Shown piece by piece: positions 1 through 8,914 of a stretch of 32,746 nucleotides of DNA. The stretch is from positions 1 through 32,746 of the forward strand of contig CAZYGV010000002.1 of NCBI GenBank assembly GCA_964647155.1, given 5' to 3'. Under the pieces are notes generated by a model. That model did no database searches. It worked only from the letters and a program-made list of their open reading frames with translations, and was not told the origin of the DNA. Position 1 is the first letter of the stretch, and each line of letters opens with the position of its first letter. The stretch is from an uncultured Thermoproteales archaeon (GTDB lineage Archaea > Thermoproteota > Thermoprotei > Thermoproteales > B15-G16). The translations under genes were made by a program, and so were the position numbers.

Positions 1-804
1 ATACTTCACATGTCTCGGTGTAAGTAGTGTAAGTAGCCTTACCTCATCAATGTCCTCAGCAGAAAGTCCCCTCCTTGATAGAGCATACTTAAGCAATTCA
101 CGTCTTCGCTCGAGATAGAGCATAGCTAAAGCAATCCTAAGCAATTTATTCCGTGGATTTTCTGAAGGAGGAATTTCGATCTTATCCTGACATAACCTAT
201 AGTTTATTCTTCCTCTCCTAATCACCTCGATATGCAACTCTCTTTCCCTTACTTCTGAACAACAAATACAGGGTAATGTAGTATAGAACTTCACACTTCC
301 ATCACCATCTAGAGCACCTGCAACGTACTCATATACATCTTCCTCGCACAGTATGAAGTAATTGCAAAGCTCCTTCACATCAACGTCCCCCTTCTTGACG
401 GCTCTAATTATTGTTCCAGTTTCTCTGTCAACTACATACACCGAAATGCTAGCAGAAATGTCACCCTGCTTTGTCATATACAATTTCACCCCTTCGATAG
501 TCGCTTCACCAAAAGCCACTATAGCTGCAGATACTAGCTGTATTGAACCACAAAAGCGAAGCGACCTCGTTGATCTTCTAGAACCTAAGCTCCCATCGGA
601 TATCGCCAGCCCCACTCTGTAGGCTAATGACTTTAATGTGCCAACACAAATCCTTACATTACAGCTATTCAAGTTAATCCAGAGCCTTTTCTTCAATTTG
701 AGTTCGTACCTAATACTCTTCTCGTTCTTCTTCAAGTAGTCAGAAAGTAAATCCTCTAATTGCCTCCTGACTTCAACAACCTTCTTAAGGCAATTACTCC
801 TCAT
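1..804 (-). CDS. LAGLIDADG-type homing-endonuclease-like protein; C-terminus runs off the left edge
   Basis: Absent from the ORF track because there is no stop inside the window. My minus-strand translation from ATG (804-802) is open for all 268 codons down to position 1. It holds two LAGLIDADG-like motifs about 90 residues apart: YRVGLAISDGSLG (about 583-621) and YEYVAGALDGDGSV (about 292-333). The frame was checked against the anchored TAG at 620-622 of the antisense ORF. Confidence 0.6.
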   Translation of the reverse strand, partial: MRSNCLKKVVEVRRQLEDLLSDYLKKNEKSIRYELKLKKRLWINLNSCNVRICVGTLKSLAYRVGLAISDGSLGSRRSTRSLRFCGSIQLVSAAIVAFGEATIEGVKLYMTKQGDISASISVYVVDRETGTIIRAVKKGDVDVKELCNYFILCEEDVYEYVAGALDGDGSVKFYTTLPCICCSEVRERELHIEVIRRGRINYRLCQDKIEIPPSENPRNKLLRIALAMLYLERRRELLKYALSRRGLSAEDIDEVRLLTLLTPRHVKY

Positions 805-971
805 CTCCACATCTACTTCTGTTTCACTTTTGAAAATAGGGTTGTATGGTGAGTTAATCACAATTTCTAGCCTAACACGGGTATAACGGGGAAGTACATA
901 GTGAATCAATAATGGATTATTAAAAAGGTCAAGTTACGAGACGAAGCTAGGGTTATATCTGTCCCTCGCTA

Positions 972-1601
972 GTGAAAAGTAACGAAATGAGTTGTTCAGT
1001 AACACCCCAAGATGAGCAAAAGCTTGTAAAAGTCCTCACAAGGGATAGGGCTGCACACGTACTGGGAAGTCAGTTCTTTGACGCACTAAGAAATGACATC
1101 AGGTGTAGGATAATAGTTGAGCTAAGCAAAGGACCAAAATCATTCAAGGAACTACTAAGTTCACTGGGTCTCAATGACAAGAAAAAACCACTGCTCCATT
1201 ATCACCTCATGATTTTGCATAGAGCAAAGCTAATAGAGACCCATCTTGATCCTCGCGATTTAAGACGTAGGTACTATTTACTCACCGATGAAGGAAGAAG
1301 AGCTTTAGAACTGATACTTAAATCAGCTAGTAAGATATCTGAACATGAAAAGAGATCTGCAGGACTAAGAGAAGGTAAAAGGTTCTTGATTGAGATACTA
1401 ACTAAGAGAATGAGATCGATGACCTTAGTGTTGTCATCACTAACTATCGTGATGCTCATGGTGCTTCAAAGAACATTGATACTGACCGAGCATTTGCTCG
1501 TAGTGGATCTCAGAGCAATAATAGCTTTCTGTATAGCTCTCGCTACTTCATTCACCATAGTGAGTCTCTTTGGTAGGAAGGTGCTATTGAGAACTAAATA
1601 A
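972..1601 (+). CDS. Membrane-bound winged-HTH (ArsR-like) regulator, ArnR-like candidate archaellum regulator
   Basis: The N-terminal wHTH (IRCRIIVELSKGPKSFKELLSSLGL...HYHLMILHRAKLIE) is followed by two C-terminal hydrophobic helices (MTLVLSSLTIVMLMVL, AIIAFCIALATSFTIVSLF). It lies convergent to and 16 bp from arlJ, the architecture and position of ArnR/ArnR1 in Sulfolobus acidocaldarius. GTG at 972; alternative ATG at 987. Confidence 0.6.
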   Translation: MKSNEMSCSVTPQDEQKLVKVLTRDRAAHVLGSQFFDALRNDIRCRIIVELSKGPKSFKELLSSLGLNDKKKPLLHYHLMILHRAKLIETHLDPRDLRRRYYLLTDEGRRALELILKSASKISEHEKRSAGLREGKRFLIEILTKRMRSMTLVLSSLTIVMLMVLQRTLILTEHLLVVDLRAIIAFCIALATSFTIVSLFGRKVLLRTK

Positions 1602-1617
1602 TGGCACATGAATAGCC

Positions 1618-3108
1618 TTAGGGTAGGAGAATTACTCCCCTTAGAAGGTTCTCAATGATAAAGCTTGAACCTGAGTAGAGAGGACCTGTAATCACGAGAA
1701 GTAGACCAATATTCTTAGCTAATGTCATGTAGTTAAAACCTTCAACAAGGCTAAGTGTGAGAGCATTTATTATGTTCAATACAGTGATGGTCAATGACTG
1801 TAAGAAAAGAACAGAACCTAATTCTCCTGTACCTGATGGTCCTGGCACGGCGAGTACTTTAGATGCACCTAGCAATTGAGGAAATAAATGGGATAGAACA
1901 CCATGAATTAGACCGCAATAAATTGATAGAACACAGCTGAGTGGTAGTAGCAAGCCAAGGAAGTGTCTAGCCATTTGCCTCCTCTTCTGTATAGCAGATA
2001 GTTCGAAAACGCAAGCTTCAGTTAATAACTCGTTAACTTTAATGGGATCAGAACCTACTTCAACAGCATCAAGAAGAATGGTGATGTACCTTCTCAAGAT
2101 CTCACTCCCGCTCTCGAGAAGACATGAAGCCCATGCAATGTCGGTCCTTGAAGAGAGCACAAGTCTCTTGTGAAGTTTGGTTAATAGATGTTTTAGAGGA
2201 CCTAGCTCCTGAGTGAGTGCTGACGCTACAGCCTTTTCATGGGATAACCCCTGATCATAGGCTAGACAGAGAGCTTTTAGTAATGTTGGCGTGTATGTAC
2301 TTAGCTCGTATACCTTAGCTACGTATCTACAACCTACAACTCCGAGAATTAGTGCGGGTACGGAACCAATTGAGAGGACTAGGGTAGGTGAAGCGTACGG
2401 ATCTAGTATACCCAATAGTTTACTCCAATTAATGAAGAAGTCACTAAGAACCACCAGAGGGATTATGGAGGTAGAGACCAATGAACTTATCTCCAAGAAG
2501 TACCTGACTTGAGGCTCAGTGATATTATCGTGAAGTATTGGAGGAGTTTTTAGAAGCAAACCCAACACCACGCCTACACTAAGCAGAACAAGTGCACCAA
2601 ACACGCTAACACACTCAAGCCATAGGATGCCTGCTGAACCCCACAAGACTAGTGTACCTAAGCTCAATGCAGTAACCAACATCACAAGGGATGAGAATAG
2701 AGAAGTGTATGCATCCATCAACTTTCTCATACTTTCAATACTCCTCTCAAACTCGGTACTACACTCAGCAAGACGTAATCGGAATTCTCTTTGAGCAAAA
2801 TCACATAGTTCCTCCCCCGCCTCAAGTGAGTAAGCTAGCTTCACGAGAAACCCCCTTAGCTTACGACTACTGACTTTCGATGCTATATTGCTACAGGCCT
2901 GTGCGAATGTGAACCCCCACTCTCTGTGTAAAGCTATTAACCTCTTCAAAGCATTGCTGATGCTAGTATAGATGCTGAATCTTTTGGATAAAATGTCTAA
3001 TATGCTACCTACATCAATTCCACTAATGGATAGAGCAGAGAAGTAGGTTATAAAGTAGAGGAAATTCCTTTCAAATCTAAATGATGAAAAGAGGATCTTC
3101 CTTCTCAT
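1618..3108 (-). CDS. arlJ: Archaellum polytopic membrane platform protein ArlJ (FlaJ)
   Basis: 496-aa protein with many hydrophobic helices and two soluble domains. It is the last gene of the operon, immediately downstream of arlI, as in crenarchaeal arl operons. Confidence 0.8.
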   Translation of the reverse strand: MRRKILFSSFRFERNFLYFITYFSALSISGIDVGSILDILSKRFSIYTSISNALKRLIALHREWGFTFAQACSNIASKVSSRKLRGFLVKLAYSLEAGEELCDFAQREFRLRLAECSTEFERSIESMRKLMDAYTSLFSSLVMLVTALSLGTLVLWGSAGILWLECVSVFGALVLLSVGVVLGLLLKTPPILHDNITEPQVRYFLEISSLVSTSIIPLVVLSDFFINWSKLLGILDPYASPTLVLSIGSVPALILGVVGCRYVAKVYELSTYTPTLLKALCLAYDQGLSHEKAVASALTQELGPLKHLLTKLHKRLVLSSRTDIAWASCLLESGSEILRRYITILLDAVEVGSDPIKVNELLTEACVFELSAIQKRRQMARHFLGLLLPLSCVLSIYCGLIHGVLSHLFPQLLGASKVLAVPGPSGTGELGSVLFLQSLTITVLNIINALTLSLVEGFNYMTLAKNIGLLLVITGPLYSGSSFIIENLLRGVILLP

Positions 3109-3121
3109 GTGCTAACCCCAA

Positions 3122-4933
3122 TTAAGCTCTATTTTCACGCATAGATTCCACATAGCGTAATGCTTCTTCGTAATCTCCGCTGAGGTAGTAGCTCCTAATA
3201 GCTCGCCAGACCTCTTCGTAATCGTAAATTCTGTGATTAATTAGTTCTCTGAGGAAGTTAGCACGCTCCTCAAGTATCTCATACACCTTCGTTAACTTAT
3301 TTCGTGGTATCTTCAGTTTCGGAGCTACCTTCTCTTCGAGAATGTAGCTACTTCCCTTTCTAAACTCAAAAACATCATCAACAGGATCCCAGTGAAATAA
3401 TTCGATGTAGTGAAACTCACGATTTATTGGGTCATAGCCTACGATTTCGCATACACTCATTACCTTTCTCTTGAGTACATGGGACTTATCGTAGACTATG
3501 CTTTGGAACACAGCAACATTTAGGTTATCTATGAACGTCCTTGGAACATTCATGGGCTTGCCGATTAATCTCTGTATTAGCTTTTCAACTGAAGCAGCGT
3601 GAAATGTAGTTAGAACAGCATGTCCCGTCTGCATAGCTTGGAAGGCTACATAAGCCTCTCTACCTCTTATTTCACCCACAATAATGTAGTTAGGTCTTTG
3701 TCTGAGAGCTGCTCTAAGTAGTTCGAAGAGATCAACTGTACCTTCCTTCTCAGCTATGGACTCTCTAGCTACTTCTCTAACCCAATTCTCATGGGGTAGT
3801 ACAACTTCAGGTGTATCTTCAATAGAAACGACCTTAGCATGTGGGGGTATGAATGCAGCTATTGCATTCAGCGTTGTTGTTTTTCCGCTAGCGGTTTCAC
3901 CACAAATGAATATGTTCATGCCATGCTCAATACATATCCATAAGTACGCTGCAATCTCTGGACTTAGGGTGCCTAACTTTATCAATTGAGTTATGCTAAG
4001 AGGCTTCGCACTGAACTTCCTTATGGTGAAGTTACTTCCTCTCTTACTCACATCCACTCCATACACTATATTCACCCTCGAGCCGTCAGGTAATGTACCA
4101 TCAACTATAGGTCTCTTTCGTGTAACTCTCTTTCCTATCTTCTCAGCAAGCTGCAGTATGAAGCGATCTAAGCTTTCTTGATCCTTGAACTCAATAGTTG
4201 ACTTCAAACTACCAAATACCTTATGGACAACGAATATCGGACCTACTCCTGGACACGATATGTCTTCAAGGTATGGGTCTCTAATGAAGGGTTCTAGTAT
4301 GGAGAAACCAATTCTCTCTCGATAAGCAACGTAGAGTAGAGAATTCAGAGTTTCCTTGGTTAATCTCAGCTTATACCTTCTCCAACTAGTTGTTTTAAAG
4401 TTCTTCTTAGTAAGATCCTTCCTCAACTTAGCTATGTTCTTCCTTTCCTCATCAATGTCATCGGTAAGCTCAATATGCTCAGTTATTACCTTCTCCAAGA
4501 ACTCTCTTTTTTCATCTACTGTCTCAAGTTTTACTTTTTCATCAATGGATGCTACCAGCAAACGATCTACGTACTCTATAAGCACATCAGAGTACTCACT
4601 CGGTAATTCAGGTTCTATCGGTATGTACATACTTAGATCACCTTCTCTGTACATCACATGTACAAACACAGGATCACCTACAGGATACAGTACATTTGGT
4701 CTCGCTACGTAGGCTAGATCTCGAGAGAGCTGAACTTTGAACTGAGGTAGTTCAATACCTTCATTACAGATCATGTGTAGGTAACGGTGGAGATGCGGAT
4801 TATTAGCTACGGCATCTCTGAACCTATCATCGTGCAGCTGATCAAGGAGTTTACAGTACGATACTTCTCGCTTTTCCTCCTTAACGGCTAATTCTAGAGA
4901 TCTACGCACATCGTAGGGACACCGTACACTCAT
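3122..4933 (-). CDS. arlI: Archaellum motor/assembly ATPase ArlI (FlaI), type II/IV secretion ATPase family
   Basis: Walker A is ICGETASGKTT and the Walker B region is PNYIIVGEIRGREA. A His box (TTFHA) and an N-terminal NPHLHRYL-type domain are present. It sits between arlH and arlJ. Confidence 0.95.
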   Translation of the reverse strand: MSVRCPYDVRRSLELAVKEEKREVSYCKLLDQLHDDRFRDAVANNPHLHRYLHMICNEGIELPQFKVQLSRDLAYVARPNVLYPVGDPVFVHVMYREGDLSMYIPIEPELPSEYSDVLIEYVDRLLVASIDEKVKLETVDEKREFLEKVITEHIELTDDIDEERKNIAKLRKDLTKKNFKTTSWRRYKLRLTKETLNSLLYVAYRERIGFSILEPFIRDPYLEDISCPGVGPIFVVHKVFGSLKSTIEFKDQESLDRFILQLAEKIGKRVTRKRPIVDGTLPDGSRVNIVYGVDVSKRGSNFTIRKFSAKPLSITQLIKLGTLSPEIAAYLWICIEHGMNIFICGETASGKTTTLNAIAAFIPPHAKVVSIEDTPEVVLPHENWVREVARESIAEKEGTVDLFELLRAALRQRPNYIIVGEIRGREAYVAFQAMQTGHAVLTTFHAASVEKLIQRLIGKPMNVPRTFIDNLNVAVFQSIVYDKSHVLKRKVMSVCEIVGYDPINREFHYIELFHWDPVDDVFEFRKGSSYILEEKVAPKLKIPRNKLTKVYEILEERANFLRELINHRIYDYEEVWRAIRSYYLSGDYEEALRYVESMRENRA

Positions 4934-4941
4934 AATGTCAC

Positions 4942-5694
4942 CTACGCCTTAGCATATGAGAGAGGAAGCACCTTAATACCACGATGAGGCTCTACTTCGA
5001 ATGCAGCTATACTCTCACCAATAAACTCCCGACCAGACATTTTCAGTATTTTCATCACTCTAAGCAATTTACGTGAACTAACAACAATCTTTAGCTCGAT
5101 AACACCATCAGCTATCGAGAGCAACCTAGTAAATACAACGCTTGTCAATATTCCAGGATGAATCGTAATTACGGTAGTCTTACACGTCTCATCCGCTACC
5201 TTCCTACAGCAAGAGAAGAATTCAACAATATCCGATTCATTGCTGTGTATCGCTATTGGAGTTAGTGAGTCTATTATGATGACATCACAGTTATCCAGCC
5301 TCTCTATGAAGTAAGTTAGGCAAGACATTAGTTGCTTTGCTACCTTTCTATTCCATTTGATGGATTTTGAATGAAGCGTGTTTACCCTAAATTTACCCTT
5401 GAGGAAGTAATCACTGATGTTCTCAAAGCCTAGACGTTCCATACTACGTAGTAGTGCTCGTATCGTAGTTTCAGTGGAGATATATCGTACAGTCAGGTTA
5501 CTCTGAAGAGCACCCCACGCTATCTGTTGCGCTAGCACAGACTTACCTGACCCATTGACACCATATATCATGATTAATGAAGCTCTAGGTATACCGCCAC
5601 CTAATCTCCTATCTAGCTCGGGATTTAGTGTAGAAAACATTGTGAAGGGGGGATTTCCATTAACCTTTTCCACTTCGCTCACCTCCGATCTCAA
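4942..5694 (-). CDS. arlH: Archaellum RecA/KaiC-like ATP-binding protein ArlH (FlaH)
   Basis: Walker A is GVNGSGKS, with a Walker-B-like VIIIDSL and a KaiC-like single domain of 250 aa. It lies directly upstream of arlI and overlaps the upstream gene by 4 nt. Confidence 0.85.
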   Translation of the reverse strand: MRSEVSEVEKVNGNPPFTMFSTLNPELDRRLGGGIPRASLIMIYGVNGSGKSVLAQQIAWGALQSNLTVRYISTETTIRALLRSMERLGFENISDYFLKGKFRVNTLHSKSIKWNRKVAKQLMSCLTYFIERLDNCDVIIIDSLTPIAIHSNESDIVEFFSCCRKVADETCKTTVITIHPGILTSVVFTRLLSIADGVIELKIVVSSRKLLRVMKILKMSGREFIGESIAAFEVEPHRGIKVLPLSYAKA

Positions 5695-6242
5695 ACCCTA
5701 TAAACTACCAAGAACTGTCTCATCGATATAGAGCCATGAGGTGACGACATGACTATTAGGGCACGTGTATTGTTGGTAAAGTATTCATTGGTGGGTAGAC
5801 GAATCTCAATTACGAGAATTTCACCCGGATCCCATCCGCCTCTACCTGATTGTACATCTATTGGATTGAGAAAGTCATTGACTACATAAACTATACTCCA
5901 AGAACCTTCACCAACACCATACATGAAGTACCTAATAGTTAGCTCTCTAGAGGTAGAGCTATTGTACACCAACATCACGTCCATGAACTTCGTGACGTCT
6001 GACACCATGATCACAGATGTACCATTATTAGCTACCCATACTCTAAGAGTGGTGTTAGATAGCGTAGTAACATTTAGTATACGTATGAGCTCTGAGTTTA
6101 CCTTGGATACTAGGTCTTGAAGGAGTAAGTACTGCTTAGCACTAGCATTCAACAATGAATTACTAGCTTGGTTCAGTAAGTAGAGAGAGTACAGAGCTAC
6201 TAAACAAATCATTATCAAACCGACAACCGTTGAGTGAGCCAT
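5691..6242 (-). CDS. arlF: Archaellum stator-type protein, ArlF (FlaF) by operon position
   Basis: It has an N-terminal hydrophobic helix (VVGLIMICLVALYSLYLL) and a beta-rich C-terminal domain with a WDPGE motif shared with the neighbouring paralog. The F versus G assignment comes only from the Sulfolobus order B-X-G-F-H-I-J. Confidence 0.65.
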   Translation of the reverse strand: MAHSTVVGLIMICLVALYSLYLLNQASNSLLNASAKQYLLLQDLVSKVNSELIRILNVTTLSNTTLRVWVANNGTSVIMVSDVTKFMDVMLVYNSSTSRELTIRYFMYGVGEGSWSIVYVVNDFLNPIDVQSGRGGWDPGEILVIEIRLPTNEYFTNNTRALIVMSSPHGSISMRQFLVVYRV

Positions 6243-6724
6243 TAAGCAGACCCCCTACCCTCTAATTCATGACCATAAGGCAGGACTATCTTAACCTTGA
6301 ACTCACCACTCAATGTGTTTGCTAGGGAGATTTTGATACAGATAGTTTCACCAGGATCCCACATTCCATCATTATCCACATCGTTACATATGCTGTACAC
6401 CCAACTCGGTAATGTGGATGATCTGTAAGGTACCCACTCTACACCATTTTCGGTTACCAAAATCACATCAAATCTACTGATCTCAACAGGAGTAAACTCG
6501 TGCAATCCTGTATTCTTAATCCATACCAGAATTTCATTGCCTGAACTATTGTAGTATGTAAATACAACCTTAGCACTAACCATTGACTTAACCTCAAAGC
6601 TCTTAACCAAGATAGAGGAGATCGATATGTAGTTCGTCGAGTAAGTCATAAATGCAGCTACTATCATAGACGACACAATGACTAAAGCTGTAGCTACAAT
6701 TAGATCACTAATCAAACTTGACAC
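6242..6724 (-). CDS. arlG: Archaellum protein ArlG (FlaG) by operon position
   Basis: It has an N-terminal hydrophobic helix (LIVATALVIVSSMIVAAF) and a beta-rich domain with a MWDPGE motif paralogous to 5691-6242. There is a 1-nt overlap with the downstream gene. Confidence 0.65.
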   Translation of the reverse strand: MSSLISDLIVATALVIVSSMIVAAFMTYSTNYISISSILVKSFEVKSMVSAKVVFTYYNSSGNEILVWIKNTGLHEFTPVEISRFDVILVTENGVEWVPYRSSTLPSWVYSICNDVDNDGMWDPGETICIKISLANTLSGEFKVKIVLPYGHELEGRGSA

Positions 6725-6728
6725 ATAA

Positions 6729-7295
6729 TCACCCCCTAATACTGCTCATCAGCAATAACAACACAGTGATCGTAATCACTAAGTCTAAGTCCCTTGGCTT
6801 CAAATCATGTAAAAGTGATGGGAGAACAAAGCTTCGGATAAAACTTCTCAATCCAACTCTCCAGCTCTCTACATGCACGGAATCCCTAGTACTCATAAGT
6901 AGCATCAACACTAAGAAGGGCACTAGTAAATCTCTGTGAAACCCCATAGCTTTAGTCCCCTCAACCTCATTGACCTCAGCAAGTTGCTGCTGGACTCTTT
7001 CAGCCTCTCTATCTCTATCCTGAGTCCTTACCAAACCCTCTCCTGAGTATCTTGTGGTCTTCTCACTCTCCTTTTCACTTACAGCATCCAACATCATTCT
7101 CTGCTGCGTTATTTTACTGAATGGGCTATCAATATTCGAGAGCAACATCCTCAATTCAAGGAGCATACCCTTTAGCGAAGATACTTGCTCAAGTAATTCC
7201 TTATGTAGCTCTACAAGTTTCTTAAGTAAGTCTTCACGTGCTTCACCCCCCTCATCGACCTTAGCTGTAACCACGGACTTCACCACTTTATTCAC
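6729..7295 (-). CDS. arlX: Coiled-coil protein in the ArlX (FlaX) position of the operon
   Basis: It lies between arlB and arlG. The N-terminal heptad-like segment is EDLLKKLVELHKELLEQVSSLKGMLLELRMLL. Hydrophobic segments sit near the C-terminus (LLVPFLVLMLLM, LVITITVLLLLM). The last 73 codons are open, which argues that the frame is real. Identity is positional only. Confidence 0.5.
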   Translation of the reverse strand: MNKVVKSVVTAKVDEGGEAREDLLKKLVELHKELLEQVSSLKGMLLELRMLLSNIDSPFSKITQQRMMLDAVSEKESEKTTRYSGEGLVRTQDRDREAERVQQQLAEVNEVEGTKAMGFHRDLLVPFLVLMLLMSTRDSVHVESWRVGLRSFIRSFVLPSLLHDLKPRDLDLVITITVLLLLMSSIRG

Positions 7296-7373
7296 CTCTG
7301 AATTTATGCGCAGGCTAGAAAAACTACGGGAAAGGAAAGAGGAAGAAAAGTAGGGAGTTCAAAGTTAAGGTGT

Positions 7374-7952
7374 TTAGCCAAGGTCAACAGCTATGTCTGT
7401 AGCACTTTCAGGTATAGATAGAGGTACCATTCTTTCAATTGTCAGTATACCACCCACTGGTGGTATTATCTCGATCTTTAGCCATGAGCCAGGTGTTAGT
7501 GTAAGTGTTGAATTGACAGGACCAGCCACTAAACTGAAGTTACTTAGGACTAACCTGAACGTCTCTCCCTGCTCGATTAGGTTATCTCCATCGCCTTTAA
7601 GCTCCTTCGGTGTAACGGTTGCGTTAAATACCGCCTCTCTGGTCATCACTCTTGCACTCAATCTAGTGATGTCAAAGGGTTCTGCTGCAGGAGCTAACTT
7701 AACGACTACCATTATCTGCTCTATGGTGAAGTTGCCTCCAGCTATATCGCCAATAGCATGTACCGAACCAGATAGCTCTAGGGCTGTAGCAGCTTGCTGT
7801 AGTCCTCTAGTAGTTGCCTCCTGAGTTCTCTGGACTGTGAACTGCCCTAGGTTTAACACTACAAAGGCTAGTGCTGATGCAGCTATGACAAATGCTACTA
7901 GTATTATGGCTGTCTCAAGTGCTGTTATACCGCTTCGGGTATGAACTTTCAT
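7374..7952 (-). CDS. arlB: Archaellin ArlB (FlaB) with class III (type IV pilin-like) signal peptide
   Basis: The N-terminus MKVHTRSG/ITALETAIILVAFVIAASALAFVV matches the archaellin prepilin-peptidase site plus conserved hydrophobic helix. It is the first gene of the operon. I count four N-X-S/T sequons (NFT, NAT, NFS, NST). Confidence 0.9.
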   Translation of the reverse strand: MKVHTRSGITALETAIILVAFVIAASALAFVVLNLGQFTVQRTQEATTRGLQQAATALELSGSVHAIGDIAGGNFTIEQIMVVVKLAPAAEPFDITRLSARVMTREAVFNATVTPKELKGDGDNLIEQGETFRLVLSNFSLVAGPVNSTLTLTPGSWLKIEIIPPVGGILTIERMVPLSIPESATDIAVDLG

Positions 7953-8098
7953 ATAGATCCCGTGAAGATGTACGTGAGTACGGTACTTAAGGTGGATTTT
8001 AGTTGAAAAGTTCCTGAGGCATAGAACTACTTCGTTAAAAGATCTTTGAACTACTTAACTGACACTAGCACAAAAAGTTCTGCTTCTAAGGTCTAATA

Positions 8099-8890
8099 AT
8101 GATGATCGACGTTCTTTCCCTCATGGGAATGCACACCATATCGATACTGCTCGTAGCGGCCTTACCGGCTGCAATCCTAATTGTAATTCTTCTGTCAAAA
8201 CTGAGAAGAAAAACGGAAAGAGAAGAAGCTAAGTTGAGAACCTACGTAGGTACGATAGAGTGCTCCATACAGAGTTTGTCTGAGGACATTTGTCGTTTAA
8301 GAGATGCTGTTCACTCTATGCAAAGTGATTTACAGGCTTTGGTTAAAGGTTCTTCGGAGATTAACTTAGAAACAAAGTCATGTCTCAGGGAATTGATGGA
8401 TATAGCTACTAAGCTAGAAAGTAATCTTAGTGAACTCAATAAGTGGGTTTGTGAATTGAGCAGATGGACCTCATACCTTAGGGACTATACACATGATCTG
8501 TATAACGTCTTGGCAAACTTAAGCGAGTCGATTCATGGCCTTAAGCACTCAATTGGTGGGGAGAATACACATGAATCCATGCCTAGGTTTGATGTGCTGA
8601 GCTTAATATTGCTCTCCTCAGACCTTACAGAGCGCCTAAGGTATGGTAATGTAGATAGAGAGTTAGAGGCACTGAAAATGCTCCTACCTTTCACAACCAC
8701 GTTGCTTAAGGATGTAGGTGCTATATACATGGTTCGAAATAGTGGTGAAGTAGTTGTAATCAGTGAGCTTGAGATTGGTTCAGAGAGAGCTAAAGTTCTT
8801 GGTAAGTTAGCTAATGTCAAGGTACTAAATGAGGTTAGTGCTCAGCTTCAGAGGTTTGTGCAGGAACTAACCTGCCATAGAGGGAGCTGA
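8099..8890 (+). CDS. Uncharacterised N-terminally membrane-anchored coiled-coil protein, divergent from arlB
   Basis: An N-terminal helix (ISILLVAALPAAILIVILL) followed by KLRRK precedes a long helical region rich in L, E, S and a C-terminal alpha/beta-looking segment (GAIYMVRNSGEVVVISELEIG). I recognise no family. Confidence 0.6.
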   Translation: MMIDVLSLMGMHTISILLVAALPAAILIVILLSKLRRKTEREEAKLRTYVGTIECSIQSLSEDICRLRDAVHSMQSDLQALVKGSSEINLETKSCLRELMDIATKLESNLSELNKWVCELSRWTSYLRDYTHDLYNVLANLSESIHGLKHSIGGENTHESMPRFDVLSLILLSSDLTERLRYGNVDRELEALKMLLPFTTTLLKDVGAIYMVRNSGEVVVISELEIGSERAKVLGKLANVKVLNEVSAQLQRFVQELTCHRGS

Positions 8891-8914
8891 CTTCTCAAAA
8901 TACTTTAGCTAAAG

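Noticed and set aside
362-622. Track ORF 362-622 (+), and many similar 60-140 aa ORFs lying opposite long genes (for example 1274-1459, 2291-2512, 2691-2873, 3756-3989, 3993-4181, 4356-4712, 5923-6120, 6718-6939, 7054-7353, 7393-7824, 8533-8820, 9691-9885, 11455-11682, 13005-13403, 15099-15398, 20415-20693, 21014-21388, 27667-27915, 28635-28916, 29860-30057, 30544-30789, 30790-31134)
   Set aside because: Each lies antisense to, or out of frame within, a longer ORF with clear family motifs. Their translations are low-complexity, S/L/T-rich and motif-free. They are typical shadow ORFs.
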